The notes: generated by a model not told the origin, from the letters alone. DNA of 64,000 nt from Promethearchaeota archaeon (GCA_048938445.1 JBHLME010000002.1:16092-80091); one strand, 5' to 3'; positions 27,697 to 38,499 are shown, counted from the stretch's first letter. Translations and numbers: made by a program.

Positions 27697-28962
27697 TTAA
27701 ATTAAATCTTGGTTCTTGACTCGTGAGAATATTGCAATTAAAATCATGATTAAACCTAATACAATGAAAGCAAGATTTAAACTGGATTCCACGAGAAAAC
27801 CTGCCAAAGGAAATAATATGGCTTTTATAAGAGTCGATATCATATTAATTGTGCTGAGAACAGTTGCTCTATTTTCAGTTTCAATTAGCGTATTTATACT
27901 TTTTGTGTGAATCAAACTTCTTGAAATACCAAATCCAACTATCATCATGAAAAGTATTATCATCATAAAAGATATTTGTAATATTGATAATAGTATGAAA
28001 GATATTCCTGGAATCAACGTAAATATCAAAAGCAATTTTTTTCTATTTCCCACATGATCATATAACTTTGGGACAAGGTTCATGAATACAACTTGCATGA
28101 AAGTTAATAACGTGGTTACAAATCCTAAAAAAGCAACTAATACTCCAAATCCTTCCAAATATGGTTGATATGTCCAAAATACTATGAATATTAGGCCTTC
28201 AGCTAAGACCTGATCGAATGCTAGAGTTCTGAGACTCTTCTTTTTCTTGAGTTCCTTTATTCCAGATTTGATAATCACGATATAGCTATTAGTTCTAGCT
28301 GATTGATTTTTAAATTGGTGATTCGGTTCTTTCATAGTTAATGCAATTATTGCTCCTATGAAGAATGGGATTAACATTGATGCCATAATTAATTCAATCG
28401 GTATCACTAAGGTAAGCATTGAACCTAATGGTGCGGATATACCCATTCCTGCGACATAAAAGCTTACATTTCTAGCAGAAAACTTTGCGATTTTATCTTC
28501 TCGTCCAAGAAGTTTCAAGTTATCATACATTATTGCCGTATTCGTTCCAGAAATCAATGCTTCTCCGAATGCAAATAAAGTTTCACCTAAAACAAATATT
28601 ACTATATTTGGGATACTCGAATAGACTAGTGCTGCTATTGTTAATGATATTCCCCCTAAGAATAATGAAAATTTCCTGCTTATATAATCTGAAATTGCAC
28701 CACAAGGAATTTCGAATACTAAGATCATTACCCAGAAATAACTTTGCAAATACATTATTTCGATGAATGATAACTTTCCCCAAGTCATGAAAAATATTGT
28801 AATTATTCCTGAGATTATATGAGCTCCAACCATTAAATGAAATAAATATGACTTCCAAATATTTGACTTATATTTCATTGCTTCACTATCTATTTTCCTC
28901 TGAATAATCATTTTTGCTTTTTTTTCTTTTTCATTCAATTCTAACATTATTTTTTCACTCAA
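27697..28962 (-). CDS. MFS transporter
   Basis: About 12 TM; FEIPCGAISDYISRK, SGTNTAIMYD, RATVLS. Confidence 0.9.
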   Translation of the reverse strand: MSEKIMLELNEKEKKAKMIIQRKIDSEAMKYKSNIWKSYLFHLMVGAHIISGIITIFFMTWGKLSFIEIMYLQSYFWVMILVFEIPCGAISDYISRKFSLFLGGISLTIAALVYSSIPNIVIFVLGETLFAFGEALISGTNTAIMYDNLKLLGREDKIAKFSARNVSFYVAGMGISAPLGSMLTLVIPIELIMASMLIPFFIGAIIALTMKEPNHQFKNQSARTNSYIVIIKSGIKELKKKKSLRTLAFDQVLAEGLIFIVFWTYQPYLEGFGVLVAFLGFVTTLLTFMQVVFMNLVPKLYDHVGNRKKLLLIFTLIPGISFILLSILQISFMMIILFMMIVGFGISRSLIHTKSINTLIETENRATVLSTINMISTLIKAILFPLAGFLVESSLNLAFIVLGLIMILIAIFSRVKNQDLI

Positions 28963-29452
28963 TATAATATGTTTAAATTCCTAACAATTTCAATTATTTA
29001 CATAAAAAAATTAATCGAGTCATTAAATTGAACAATTTTATATCAAAATATCAAGATATCTTGAAATAGTTGAAGTCTTAAGAGTTAAATGTTATGGAAA
29101 TAAAAGTATAATGCAATTTTAGGGATTCTATAGCATTAATTTACTGAGAATTTAATGATAAAGTAAGGATTAGAAATCGAGTAGTTTGATAATATTGCTC
29201 AACGAGTGGTACGTTATTAATTTATATTCGGTGTACGGATTAACGAATTAAATACACATTTTCTCTTCCGAATATTATTTTTGAGTACCATTTTAATTAT
29301 CAACAAATTTTTTTATTATTATTATATTATCGAGCATTTTTTATAAATATATCTAAAGATAATGGAGAATTGGCAAAATAATGGGAAAATAATGGGAATA
29401 AATCCTTCATTAATATATTTTAAGAGAAAAATATTAAGATAGGAAATTAGGT

Positions 29453-30253
29453 TTAATAATAGTGTATTTCAATCCTCTCATCATTTACAATATTCTTTAG
29501 AATTCCTACGATTTCCTTCTTTCTTTCTTCACTAATGGCAAATACATAATATTGAGCAGGAATCCGGGCAATTGAATAAATCTGAACAATATCCGGCTTA
29601 ATTTTTTTAATGGCAAGTGCTAATTCTTTAATATTTTCATCATTATTATTGGAGATAATATCTTCCCTATAAGAATTGTAAATCAAACATTGAATAGCTA
29701 ATTTATTTTCATTTGGCATTTCATTTTTCAATTTCATTAAAGATTCAATAATAGTTCCAATCTCTGGTGTTTCTTCATGAGGACGATTCGTTGTTAGAAA
29801 ATCTTTTTGAGTGACAGCATCTAATTTTGCTAATACTAATTCAAATTGCTTTACTCTCTCTCTAATCTCATTGAAATGTAAAGTGCTTGAATTTGTGAAT
29901 AAGGTTAAGGTAGGTTTTTTATCTTTCCATTGAATTTTATCCCTTACAACTTTTGAGATTTCTAAAAAATCAATTATATTTTCATTTAAGGTTGTCTCTC
30001 CATTATACCCGAAGGTTATCGAATTGAGATGAGGGACATATTTTAGGATATCAAATAATTCTTTTCTAAAATTATTCGATGGAGGTGCTTTTATCCTGTA
30101 TTCTGGTGATACCAATGCTCTTTTTCCAGTCGGACCAATCTCACAATAAATGCAATCATATGTACATTTTTTACATTTAGGTAATATATCCACTCCTAGC
30201 GATAACTTTAATCTTCTCGATTGAAACGGTCCGTATGTATATTCTCGAGGCAT
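29453..30253 (-). CDS. Radical SAM protein
   Basis: YGPFQSRRLKLSLGVD, CTYDCIYC (CxxxCxxC), GETTL, KLDA. Confidence 0.88.
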   Translation of the reverse strand: MPREYTYGPFQSRRLKLSLGVDILPKCKKCTYDCIYCEIGPTGKRALVSPEYRIKAPPSNNFRKELFDILKYVPHLNSITFGYNGETTLNENIIDFLEISKVVRDKIQWKDKKPTLTLFTNSSTLHFNEIRERVKQFELVLAKLDAVTQKDFLTTNRPHEETPEIGTIIESLMKLKNEMPNENKLAIQCLIYNSYREDIISNNNDENIKELALAIKKIKPDIVQIYSIARIPAQYYVFAISEERKKEIVGILKNIVNDERIEIHYY

Positions 30254-30263
30254 TATCTTTCTT

Positions 30264-31031
30264 TTATAACCTTTTTTGCTTGATAAATTCTTGAATGACC
30301 ATATTTACTTCTTCAGGTTTTTCAAGCATGACCATATGCCCCGCATTTTTTATCAATTTTAATATAGAGTTTTCTATTTTATCCTTAAAGTATTGGGAAT
30401 ACTTAATTGGTGTGAGTTTATCTGCATTTCCACATATTATCAAACAAGGTACTCTTACCCGATTTATTTTATTCAAAACGTCAAACTCATTGCAAATACT
30501 GAAATCCTTATATGCTACTTCTGCTTCTATTTTTGAAACTTCTTCTAAAAAATCATTAATGATTTGTTTAGATGTCTTTCTATAAAATGCTCCTAATGGA
30601 ATTGTTTTTAAATATTCGTTATAATCATCTCGAATCGAATTGAAAATAAAAGGGCTCACTCTCAATCTAACTCCTGTGGCACATAAAATTAATGAGGCTA
30701 TGTCTTCCCTATATTTAAAATAATATGCCTGTGCAATGGCACCACCTAAGGAATGTCCTACTAATATAACTTTTTTTAAATGTAAATGATCTACCAAACC
30801 TTTTATTGATTCAACATATAAATCTAAAGAAAGTTTTTCAAATTCTGCTGATTTAGCATGAGATGGCAAATCTAAAGCAATTAGACTATAGTCAAGATTT
30901 AAATAACTCATTTGATCCTTCCAAACATATGAACTTTCACCCGAACCATGAATAAAGATCAATGCATTTTGGGTGTTTTTTTCAATCAAATGATAATAAA
31001 TTTTTTTTTTTAGAAATTCAAAAAATGGCAT
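30264..31031 (-). CDS. Alpha/beta hydrolase
   Basis: FIHGSG, DLPSH, GHSLGG, DKLTP, AGHMVMLE. Confidence 0.9.
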   Translation of the reverse strand: MPFFEFLKKKIYYHLIEKNTQNALIFIHGSGESSYVWKDQMSYLNLDYSLIALDLPSHAKSAEFEKLSLDLYVESIKGLVDHLHLKKVILVGHSLGGAIAQAYYFKYREDIASLILCATGVRLRVSPFIFNSIRDDYNEYLKTIPLGAFYRKTSKQIINDFLEEVSKIEAEVAYKDFSICNEFDVLNKINRVRVPCLIICGNADKLTPIKYSQYFKDKIENSILKLIKNAGHMVMLEKPEEVNMVIQEFIKQKRL

Positions 31032-31120
31032 TGGTTTTATTGAGATTTATTTAATTAAATGAATCATTCATTCCATTAAAATTCTATATTAATTAAATAA
31101 AATAAAAAAAGTTAGATTTA

Positions 31121-31903
31121 TTAAGTAGCGTCCATTTTATTGAAGGACCACGCTCCCAATAATATAAATATTGCTCCAAATATCACCATTACTGCGAAAT
31201 CAAGCAGGGGTGAAAAGTATGATACTCCAAGTAACACAAAGCGGAATAAGTCAACACAATAGCTGAATGGATCAAATGCTATAATAAATGGAGGGAGGGG
31301 AAATACAGCTCCTGAGAGAAACATCATCGGCATTACGATAAACGTTTGTATCAATCCAAATGACTGCATGTCATTTAATCGGGTACTTATCGTTAATCCC
31401 ATTCCGACTACTCCAAGACTTGCTAAAAATGCAATTGGTATAATTAAAATAACACGAAATATAAAGATTATATCAACAATCCCAAAATATTGTAATATAG
31501 CACCTAATATAATCATTATAATAACTTGTATTAATGTTTGTAATCCAACACCAGCAGTTCTTCCCAGCATCAGAGTTCTTCGACTTACGGGTGCTACTAA
31601 TAACTCCTTCATAAATCCAAACATTTTATCCCTGAATATTGACATTCCCCCAAATATTCCAGTAAATAGAATTACCATAGCTGGAACTCCTGAAGCTATA
31701 AATTTTTGTGGAGAAATAGATATTCCATTAATCATAATATTACCTATATCAATAAACCCAAATACAAAGAGAAATAATACGGCTTGAGCAATTGACGATA
31801 TCACCCTAGATTTATTTCTCCAAAAGCTCCATAGCTCTCTCTTGGCTAATATCCATACTGCGTTATAATTTACTTTTGCTTGTACTAAATTTAAATCAGA
31901 CAT
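31121..31903 (-). CDS. ABC-2 type transporter permease
   Basis: Six TM; GFMKELLVAPVSR, FLSGAVFP, DPFSYCVDLFR. Confidence 0.9.
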   Translation of the reverse strand: MSDLNLVQAKVNYNAVWILAKRELWSFWRNKSRVISSIAQAVLFLFVFGFIDIGNIMINGISISPQKFIASGVPAMVILFTGIFGGMSIFRDKMFGFMKELLVAPVSRRTLMLGRTAGVGLQTLIQVIIMIILGAILQYFGIVDIIFIFRVILIIPIAFLASLGVVGMGLTISTRLNDMQSFGLIQTFIVMPMMFLSGAVFPLPPFIIAFDPFSYCVDLFRFVLLGVSYFSPLLDFAVMVIFGAIFILLGAWSFNKMDAT

Positions 31904-31909
31904 TCATTA

Positions 31910-33253
31910 TCACTTCCTTAATTGCCTTAATTGAATTCTTTCTTTGATATCTTTTGTTCTATTTGAAGTTTCTTCACGAATATGGCTTCCTACATAATGG
32001 AGAAAGACATCTTCTAATGTAGGTTGATGCATGCTCACATTATTGATAGATAAATTATTTTCAGTTATTTTTTGGATGATTAAAGGAAGTTGGTGACCTC
32101 CATTCTCACAGGAAATTGATATGATTGGTTCAAATTCTTCATCATTTTCTTCGTACTCTCCTTTTTTTATTTTAATTAGTTCTTGTTTGATTGCATCAGG
32201 AACTTCTTCTAATAGTTTTTCATCAAACATTTCAGCGATTCTTTTTTTCATCGTTAAGGGAGCATTTAGAAACATCCCCCCAGCCATTGGCATTTTTTTC
32301 CAAGCAGTTATTAATTTCTTGGGATCCGAAAGTGTTTCTCTAATTCGAGCTTGTATCATGGCAGGATCGATATTAGGCATGCCTTTTGGAAGCGGCATTT
32401 CTGGCATCTGAAACTGTTGTTCATTAGCCGAACCCATCGATACATTTTTTATTCCGGGTATTTCTTTAATTTGCCTAATAATTATGGGAAATTTAACCCT
32501 ATCTACAGTTGTCTCGAATTTAATGTCAATTACATCACCTGATAATTGTTTTTTAAGATTTTCAGAAGTGTCCATAGCGATGATTTGACCATGGTCCATG
32601 ATACAAATTCGATCTGCAAGTTCGTCTGCTTCATCCATGTAATGAGTTGTAATTAATATTGTCATTTTCAGTTCGCTTTGATTTAATTGTTTTATTTTGT
32701 CCCATATCTTTCTACGAGTTTGAGGATCTAAACCCAATGTGGGTTCGTCTAAAAAAAGGACTTTTGGTTCGTGTATTAAACCACGTGCAATTTCTAATCG
32801 TCTTTTCATTCCCCCTGAGTAATTTTTTACGAAGGTTTCTGCTCGATCGTCCAAATCTACCAGTTTCAAGACTTCTTTTATTTTAGGTCTTCTCTCTTTT
32901 TTATTCATTCCATAAAGAATGGCATGTAATTCCAAATTTTCCCATGCTTTCATTTCCCCGTCCAGAGAGGGTTCTTGAAACACAATACCGATGCTTTTTC
33001 GGACCTTATCTGGATCTTTTTTAACATCATAATTATTAACAATACATTCACCTTCCGTACCATTTAATAATGTCGCAAGAATGCTTATTGTAGTGGTTTT
33101 CCCCGCCCCATTAGGACCTAGTAATGCTAGAATCTCGCCTTTTTTTATTGAAAAACTGATATCATCAACCGCAAGCACATTACCTTCTTCATATATCTTT
33201 GTTAGGTTTTTTACTTCAATTATACTGTTATTTTCGGTCATTTTCTTACTCAT
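31910..33253 (-). CDS. ABC transporter ATP-binding protein (DrrA-like) with an internal insertion
   Basis: GPNGAGKTT, YSGGMKRRLEIARG, LDEPT, TTHYMDEAD, PTLEDVF. Confidence 0.93.
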   Translation of the reverse strand: MSKKMTENNSIIEVKNLTKIYEEGNVLAVDDISFSIKKGEILALLGPNGAGKTTTISILATLLNGTEGECIVNNYDVKKDPDKVRKSIGIVFQEPSLDGEMKAWENLELHAILYGMNKKERRPKIKEVLKLVDLDDRAETFVKNYSGGMKRRLEIARGLIHEPKVLFLDEPTLGLDPQTRRKIWDKIKQLNQSELKMTILITTHYMDEADELADRICIMDHGQIIAMDTSENLKKQLSGDVIDIKFETTVDRVKFPIIIRQIKEIPGIKNVSMGSANEQQFQMPEMPLPKGMPNIDPAMIQARIRETLSDPKKLITAWKKMPMAGGMFLNAPLTMKKRIAEMFDEKLLEEVPDAIKQELIKIKKGEYEENDEEFEPIISISCENGGHQLPLIIQKITENNLSINNVSMHQPTLEDVFLHYVGSHIREETSNRTKDIKERIQLRQLRK

Positions 33254-33323
33254 TTAAGTTGTTAATTCAAATTATAGTTTTTCCTTTTTTTTTATAAATA
33301 TTCTCATTTTAAGTTTTCTTGAT

Positions 33324-34433
33324 TTAAGTAAAATATTTATCCGCGATTTTATCCGCGGAATCAAAAGCAGATATTTCTCCATCAAAATTGTCTAATTTAT
33401 CTTTATATGTCCTTTCAAATTCTGATGAAAACTTATTTTGTGCCCATTTAGACGCTTGGGTTGAATATTCAACTAAAAGAGCACATATAAATCCTCTACG
33501 AGTTATTAACCTCAATTCTTTTCCTTCTAATAAAATTGCTTTTACTTTCCCTGTAGTATTTGTGCTTTCTTTAATTAGGGAAGACACAGCGGAAAAGGCT
33601 CCAGATAGTAGTACAGCATCATCAGGATTTATCTCTTTGCTAAATAATCTTGAATATAAGTTAATTCCATCATGAGAATATACTATAAGAAAGTATACCT
33701 TCTGACGCTGTAAAAGCCATGGATTTTTACTTACACTAAGAAATGCAATACCAATTATAAGAATACCGATGTTCTGAGTTATTGTTTGAAAGAATTGCAT
33801 CGTGAAATAATTAAATTGTTCCGGTACTGGTGACTGCTCAACGAAGACTGTTGGAATAGATGGAAATAGAACACCAATTATTGATCCTATCAGAAGTGCA
33901 ATAATGAGGATTTTTTGCTTTGATGACCATGCTGATTTTATACTCCTAATAAGCATAATTATTATAAAAGTAGTCGTAAATAAAATATAAATCACCTCAA
34001 GAATCATTAGCAAACTTAATCTTTGAAGACTTACTAAAAAACCAGTTGAAATGGCTTGTGTATTCAATTCCGGGGTTGATATCAATCCCACTATTATGCT
34101 AAAAGCAAGAACAGTTGAAATTGTTTGCCTATAAGAAAATTGGGTATTGCTATAATACATTTCAAATATTAAAATTAAACTTAATAACATTAACAACTTT
34201 GCACATTCTGTTATTTTAAAAAATAACTCTGCTATTTCCTCAGTTTGTGCAAAAAATTGAGATGCCTGTAAAAGATTATTAATTAAGTAAAAAATATAAA
34301 GTACGGTTAAATATGCAAGCATTGTTAGATGTGTTTTTATAAATTTAAACATGAAAACGGCTAGTAAAATAAACGTTGGTATTATTAACAAAACGGCAAA
34401 AATTCCTAATATTGAAATGAATCCAAATTCCAT
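33324..34433 (-). CDS. Seven-TM membrane protein fused to a C-terminal longin-like domain
   Basis: Seven hydrophobic segments, then VYFLIVYSHDGINLY...LLSGAFSAVSSLIKE...FDGEISAF. Confidence 0.7.
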   Translation of the reverse strand: MEFGFISILGIFAVLLIIPTFILLAVFMFKFIKTHLTMLAYLTVLYIFYLINNLLQASQFFAQTEEIAELFFKITECAKLLMLLSLILIFEMYYSNTQFSYRQTISTVLAFSIIVGLISTPELNTQAISTGFLVSLQRLSLLMILEVIYILFTTTFIIIMLIRSIKSAWSSKQKILIIALLIGSIIGVLFPSIPTVFVEQSPVPEQFNYFTMQFFQTITQNIGILIIGIAFLSVSKNPWLLQRQKVYFLIVYSHDGINLYSRLFSKEINPDDAVLLSGAFSAVSSLIKESTNTTGKVKAILLEGKELRLITRRGFICALLVEYSTQASKWAQNKFSSEFERTYKDKLDNFDGEISAFDSADKIADKYFT

Positions 34434-34521
34434 TATCTTTTTCTCATCCTCTTTTTGGTAATTTTAGGAAAATTATAAAATAAAAAAAAATATTATTATT
34501 TTTATTATTACTTGTTCTCTT

Positions 34522-35493
34522 TTAACGATTTAATTTATTGAATCTTCTTTTCTTGTATATTAAAACTACTATCAATATGCTGAAGCAGCTTATAATGACA
34601 CCTGCTATGATATATACCATCAAGTTTGTATCACCAATGCTAATATATTGATATATGATCGTTCCGGTATCATCTTTAATAACAAATGAGGAAATGGTTC
34701 CACGTGTTCCGTAGGTTACTTCAACAGTATAATTAGTTTCTCCTGTTCTTTCAAATATAAGAGTGTTTTCGCTAAATGAGGCATTATCACAAGGTAGGGC
34801 ATTGACAAGTGCTTGTATATATATATTTGATGGAGCTCCTACAGCTAAATTACCCATTATTAACTGCCATAAGAATTCATCTGTTGATATATTCTTAAAC
34901 ACCATTTTAATGTCAAGTGGTATAATGGGATCATCTTGTATGGTATTTGCTAGAGCATTGTAATCGTCTAATATTTTTTCGTAATCTGCCGGATTACTAA
35001 GTATTACTGGCATGTCTGTCGCTGAATTTGATGATTCATTAAATGGTTCAATGGTAAAATACCACTCTGAACGCATTCCTTGAATCAATTGATATTGATT
35101 AGTATAATTATTATTGATCTCTGTTTCATTGTATCCTATTCCTTTAATGCTGTTTAGAGCAAATAAATCAATACTATCTGTTAAAAAGATCGAAGTTAAG
35201 ACATCATACATTGTCCATGTAGCACTAGTCCATCCCAATGTAGTGAATTTACCTTGAGCACCCATTATATGTGCATCTCCTCCAAACCAATCACTAGGCG
35301 TGGAAGATGCATTAACCGTATTCTGCCAAGCAGTTTCATTATAGGCAATAACTTGGAAAAATTCTGTACCTTTATTTAAAGTTGCTTGGTATGTTGTTGC
35401 TGAACCAATCGTTAAACACGTTCCTAACAAAAAAATACTTATTAAAATCAGACTTATTGTCCCTATTTTTACTCTACTTTTACTTTTTAACAT
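34522..35493 (-). CDS. Exported protein with a C-terminal TM anchor
   Basis: Signal peptide, N-glycosylation sequons, C-terminal TM plus KKRR. Confidence 0.7.
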   Translation of the reverse strand: MLKSKSRVKIGTISLILISIFLLGTCLTIGSATTYQATLNKGTEFFQVIAYNETAWQNTVNASSTPSDWFGGDAHIMGAQGKFTTLGWTSATWTMYDVLTSIFLTDSIDLFALNSIKGIGYNETEINNNYTNQYQLIQGMRSEWYFTIEPFNESSNSATDMPVILSNPADYEKILDDYNALANTIQDDPIIPLDIKMVFKNISTDEFLWQLIMGNLAVGAPSNIYIQALVNALPCDNASFSENTLIFERTGETNYTVEVTYGTRGTISSFVIKDDTGTIIYQYISIGDTNLMVYIIAGVIISCFSILIVVLIYKKRRFNKLNR

Positions 35494-35536
35494 TTAGGAT
35501 ACTCCCTTTTTCTTTATTTTTTATACTTAAAATCAT

Positions 35537-36382
35537 TTATAATTGCCTCCGTTTAAATAGGATTGAAGCTGCAATTAAACTTAAGATCATGTAAATCAAC
35601 ATTACAGAAATTCCAACCTCGACTAATGGAGTTTGCCACATTCTAAAACTGAAACCTCTAAATCCTCCTAACTCAGTATACCTGGCTCCTGAAAATGGAT
35701 ACTCTAAAATCGAAGATATGAGATTACTAGCATATTGTATGGAATATATTGGTTCAAAATCTGGTAAAAAAACCGTTATTAGTTGATCTACTATGTTAAA
35801 TCCAATAAACAATATCATAATCGTTGTAATTGTTGTTATATTGACACTCCTCAAAAATGAACTAAAAAAAGTAACAAAACTACTAATAGCAAGAAGATAT
35901 AATATAGATATTCCAAATGATATTAGATATAAAATGTTTAGTGATACGCCATAATAAAACCAACAAAAAAGTCCTAAGGTTACGTAAAAAACAGCAACAA
36001 CACCAATTATAAGTGTGAGATTACCAAAATATTTACCTACTATTAGTTTAAATCTATTTATTTTAGGAAAAATAATATATCCCGTCTTTTTGTCATACTC
36101 TGTACAGATTATACCTGAAAAGAAGAAACATGCTGCAAATATTAACACGAACATAGATAATAATTCAAGACCGTTACTTAAATACGCAATTTGAGTTGTA
36201 GGCAAAAGACTACTAGGTATTACTGAATACATGATGAAACTTTGAAGGAATACTATTAAAATTGAAATAATTGAAAATCCAACGAATTTCTTCCATTGCT
36301 GCTTAAGTTCAAAAACATAAGCATGTGCCATGGGTTTTATTTCTAAATATATCCCATCAATAACATGTCCTATTTGTTGCAT
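35537..36382 (-). CDS. ABC transporter permease
   Basis: Six TM; IICTEYDKKTG...PKINR...GKY, FKRRQL. Confidence 0.85.
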   Translation of the reverse strand: MQQIGHVIDGIYLEIKPMAHAYVFELKQQWKKFVGFSIISILIVFLQSFIMYSVIPSSLLPTTQIAYLSNGLELLSMFVLIFAACFFFSGIICTEYDKKTGYIIFPKINRFKLIVGKYFGNLTLIIGVVAVFYVTLGLFCWFYYGVSLNILYLISFGISILYLLAISSFVTFFSSFLRSVNITTITTIMILFIGFNIVDQLITVFLPDFEPIYSIQYASNLISSILEYPFSGARYTELGGFRGFSFRMWQTPLVEVGISVMLIYMILSLIAASILFKRRQL

Positions 36383-36385
36383 TTT

Positions 36386-37465
36386 TTACATAACCTCTCC
36401 TTTTTTTTTAATTTTTGTTGCTTCATAATCTGTGATCATTTCAGAATAAATCCTCTCTAATTGAGAAGTCTTAGATTTTATGAATGATATTACCGTGAAA
36501 TCAGATTCAAAATCTTTTACTAAGGATTTTAATATATATCCTCTCGCCTCTTCTTTGCCATTGTAGAAAATCTTGAAACTATTCTTGGTAGGGTAATATA
36601 ATATAGGTGATTTAGAAATCTCTGGATCTAATTTATGATCTAAATATAGATCTAATTTTTCTTCAAGTCTTTTTAACAGAGATTCTTGTTTTTCCAATGA
36701 TAGTGGTTCAAGTATTTCACAATTTAATTCTCGAGATTTTAAAGTTTTTTCTAAATTATCAATTGTGTCAAATGCAATAATATGACCATGATTTATGAGA
36801 GCAATTTTATCGCAAACCTCTGATATCTCATATAACATGTGAGAGGCTACAAAAATGGTTTTTCCTTGGTTTTGGATCTCTCTTATGAATTTTCGGATTT
36901 CAATTCTAGCTTTTGGATCTAATCCAGTCTGCGGTTCATCTAAAATGACTATGTCTGGATCATGTATTATTGCTTGAATGATTCCAAGTTTTTGAGACAT
37001 TCCTTTTGAAAATGTACCAATTTTTTCATGTTTCCAATCTTTTAATTTGAATAGTGTTAATAACTCATCAATTCTATCATTAATTTTATCTTTAGGATAA
37101 TTATCTAATAAAGCACAATATTTTAACACTTGATATGCTGTCATCTTTGTATAAAATGCGGGAATATCTATTAAAAACCCCAATTTAATTAAATGTCTAG
37201 AGCTTTCGTTAATATCTTGTAAGTCCCCATGAATATTTTTAAGGAGAATTCTACCTGTTGTGGGTTTCAATAACTTGGCAATCATCTTAATTGTAGTTGT
37301 TTTTCCTGCCCCATTTGGACCAACAAGTCCAATAGTTTCCCCTTTATGGACTTCGAAATTAATCTTATCGACAGCTAAATGATTTCCATAATTTTTACTA
37401 AGGTCCTCAACTTTAAGGATGATACCATCTCTTTTCCAATCACTATTGATTATATTTTTTTCCAT
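36386..37465 (-). CDS. ABC transporter ATP-binding protein
   Basis: GPNGAGKTT, FSKGMSQKLG, LDEPQTGLDP, ASH. Confidence 0.93.
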   Translation of the reverse strand: MEKNIINSDWKRDGIILKVEDLSKNYGNHLAVDKINFEVHKGETIGLVGPNGAGKTTTIKMIAKLLKPTTGRILLKNIHGDLQDINESSRHLIKLGFLIDIPAFYTKMTAYQVLKYCALLDNYPKDKINDRIDELLTLFKLKDWKHEKIGTFSKGMSQKLGIIQAIIHDPDIVILDEPQTGLDPKARIEIRKFIREIQNQGKTIFVASHMLYEISEVCDKIALINHGHIIAFDTIDNLEKTLKSRELNCEILEPLSLEKQESLLKRLEEKLDLYLDHKLDPEISKSPILYYPTKNSFKIFYNGKEEARGYILKSLVKDFESDFTVISFIKSKTSQLERIYSEMITDYEATKIKKKGEVM

Positions 37466-37511
37466 TATATGCTCCTCTTATTTTCATCTTTCTTGATTTT
37501 TTTATATATAT

Positions 37512-38231
37512 TTATGACTCCCATATCTTTTGGGATTCATCTAGCAAATCTTTAACCTGTTCTTTGTCCAAAATATCCATATTTTCAATTTTGGCAATAA
37601 TAACATCTAGAAAATTTTTAGCCTTCTTTAATTTCTCAATATTTTTTTCTATAAGTTTAAATAATTCTTTCGACCAAGATCTTAAACCTCTAAAAAAGTC
37701 AATTGCATCATCTTTCGACTCAAAATTCTCAATTTTATCAAACATCATAACCTTTAATCCTTCACCTGGGTTAAATTCAGACATCATAAAAAATAGATTT
37801 GCCCATTTCAAATTTAATTCTTCAACAAAATTTTTTCCCTGTTCTGTCAAAAAGTAAAATTTATTTGCACGACCTTCTATTATTTCTTCTTTAGTTGTTA
37901 AATAACCCTTATCATCCAAATCTTGAAGTGTTCTTATAAGAGTACCTCTAGGGACCTTATATTTTTCTTGTATTTGATAACCTGTTATGCCTTCTGGATA
38001 TCCTGATATTAATAATAATATAAAATATTCTCTAATTTCTTGAAATGATTCCCTATTCATAGGTAAAGGACCCCTAAAAGGAAATCCTGGGAAAGGGGGT
38101 AATGGTCCAAAAGGAGGAGGACCACCAAATGGTGGATGATGTGGGCGATCTTCATGTCCAGGAGGGTTCTGTCCCATAAATTTATGGAAATCATCTTCGA
38201 ATCCAAATATATCTATTCTTCTTCCAAACAT
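37512..38231 (-). CDS. PadR-family transcriptional regulator with a Pro/Gly/Phe-rich N-terminus
   Basis: ILLLIS...TGYQI...GTLIRTLQDLDDKGYL...GRANKFYFLTEQG winged helix. Confidence 0.85.
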   Translation of the reverse strand: MFGRRIDIFGFEDDFHKFMGQNPPGHEDRPHHPPFGGPPPFGPLPPFPGFPFRGPLPMNRESFQEIREYFILLLISGYPEGITGYQIQEKYKVPRGTLIRTLQDLDDKGYLTTKEEIIEGRANKFYFLTEQGKNFVEELNLKWANLFFMMSEFNPGEGLKVMMFDKIENFESKDDAIDFFRGLRSWSKELFKLIEKNIEKLKKAKNFLDVIIAKIENMDILDKEQVKDLLDESQKIWES

Positions 38232-38307
38232 GTATTATTCATCATTGAAAATGTGAAAATTATAATTTTCTCTCAATATGTTATAGTGAAATTTCATATT
38301 TAAATAT

Positions 38308-38371
38308 TGTCCATTTTGGACATATGTCAGAAAATATTATTATAATATCCCAAATATTTCCAAATTGGACA
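38308..38371. promoter_or_regulatory. Two palindromic operator candidates upstream of the PadR gene
   Basis: TGTCCA-TTT-TGGACA (38308-38322) and TTTCCA-AAT-TGGACA (38357-38371), both followed by TAT. Confidence 0.6.
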
Positions 38372-38499
38372 TATAAATAATATTAATCTAACAATCATTT
38401 GATCTCAATTTCTAATCTAAAGATAAGATAATTCAAACGAAATTTTAGTTTTCTTGTATCATCTCGTTAATAATTTAGATTATTAAAAATTTTTAAAAT

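Noticed and set aside
29217-29291. 24-codon ORF (MVLKNNIRKRKCVFNSLIRTPNIN) upstream of the MFS gene as a leader peptide
   Set aside because: No attenuator structure or recognisable motif; could be chance.
29370-29402. Short AAAATAATGGGA repeats; similar AAAAATGAAATGA repeats near 19410-19440
   Set aside because: Two to three low-complexity copies in very AT-rich DNA; not distinguishable from chance or slippage.
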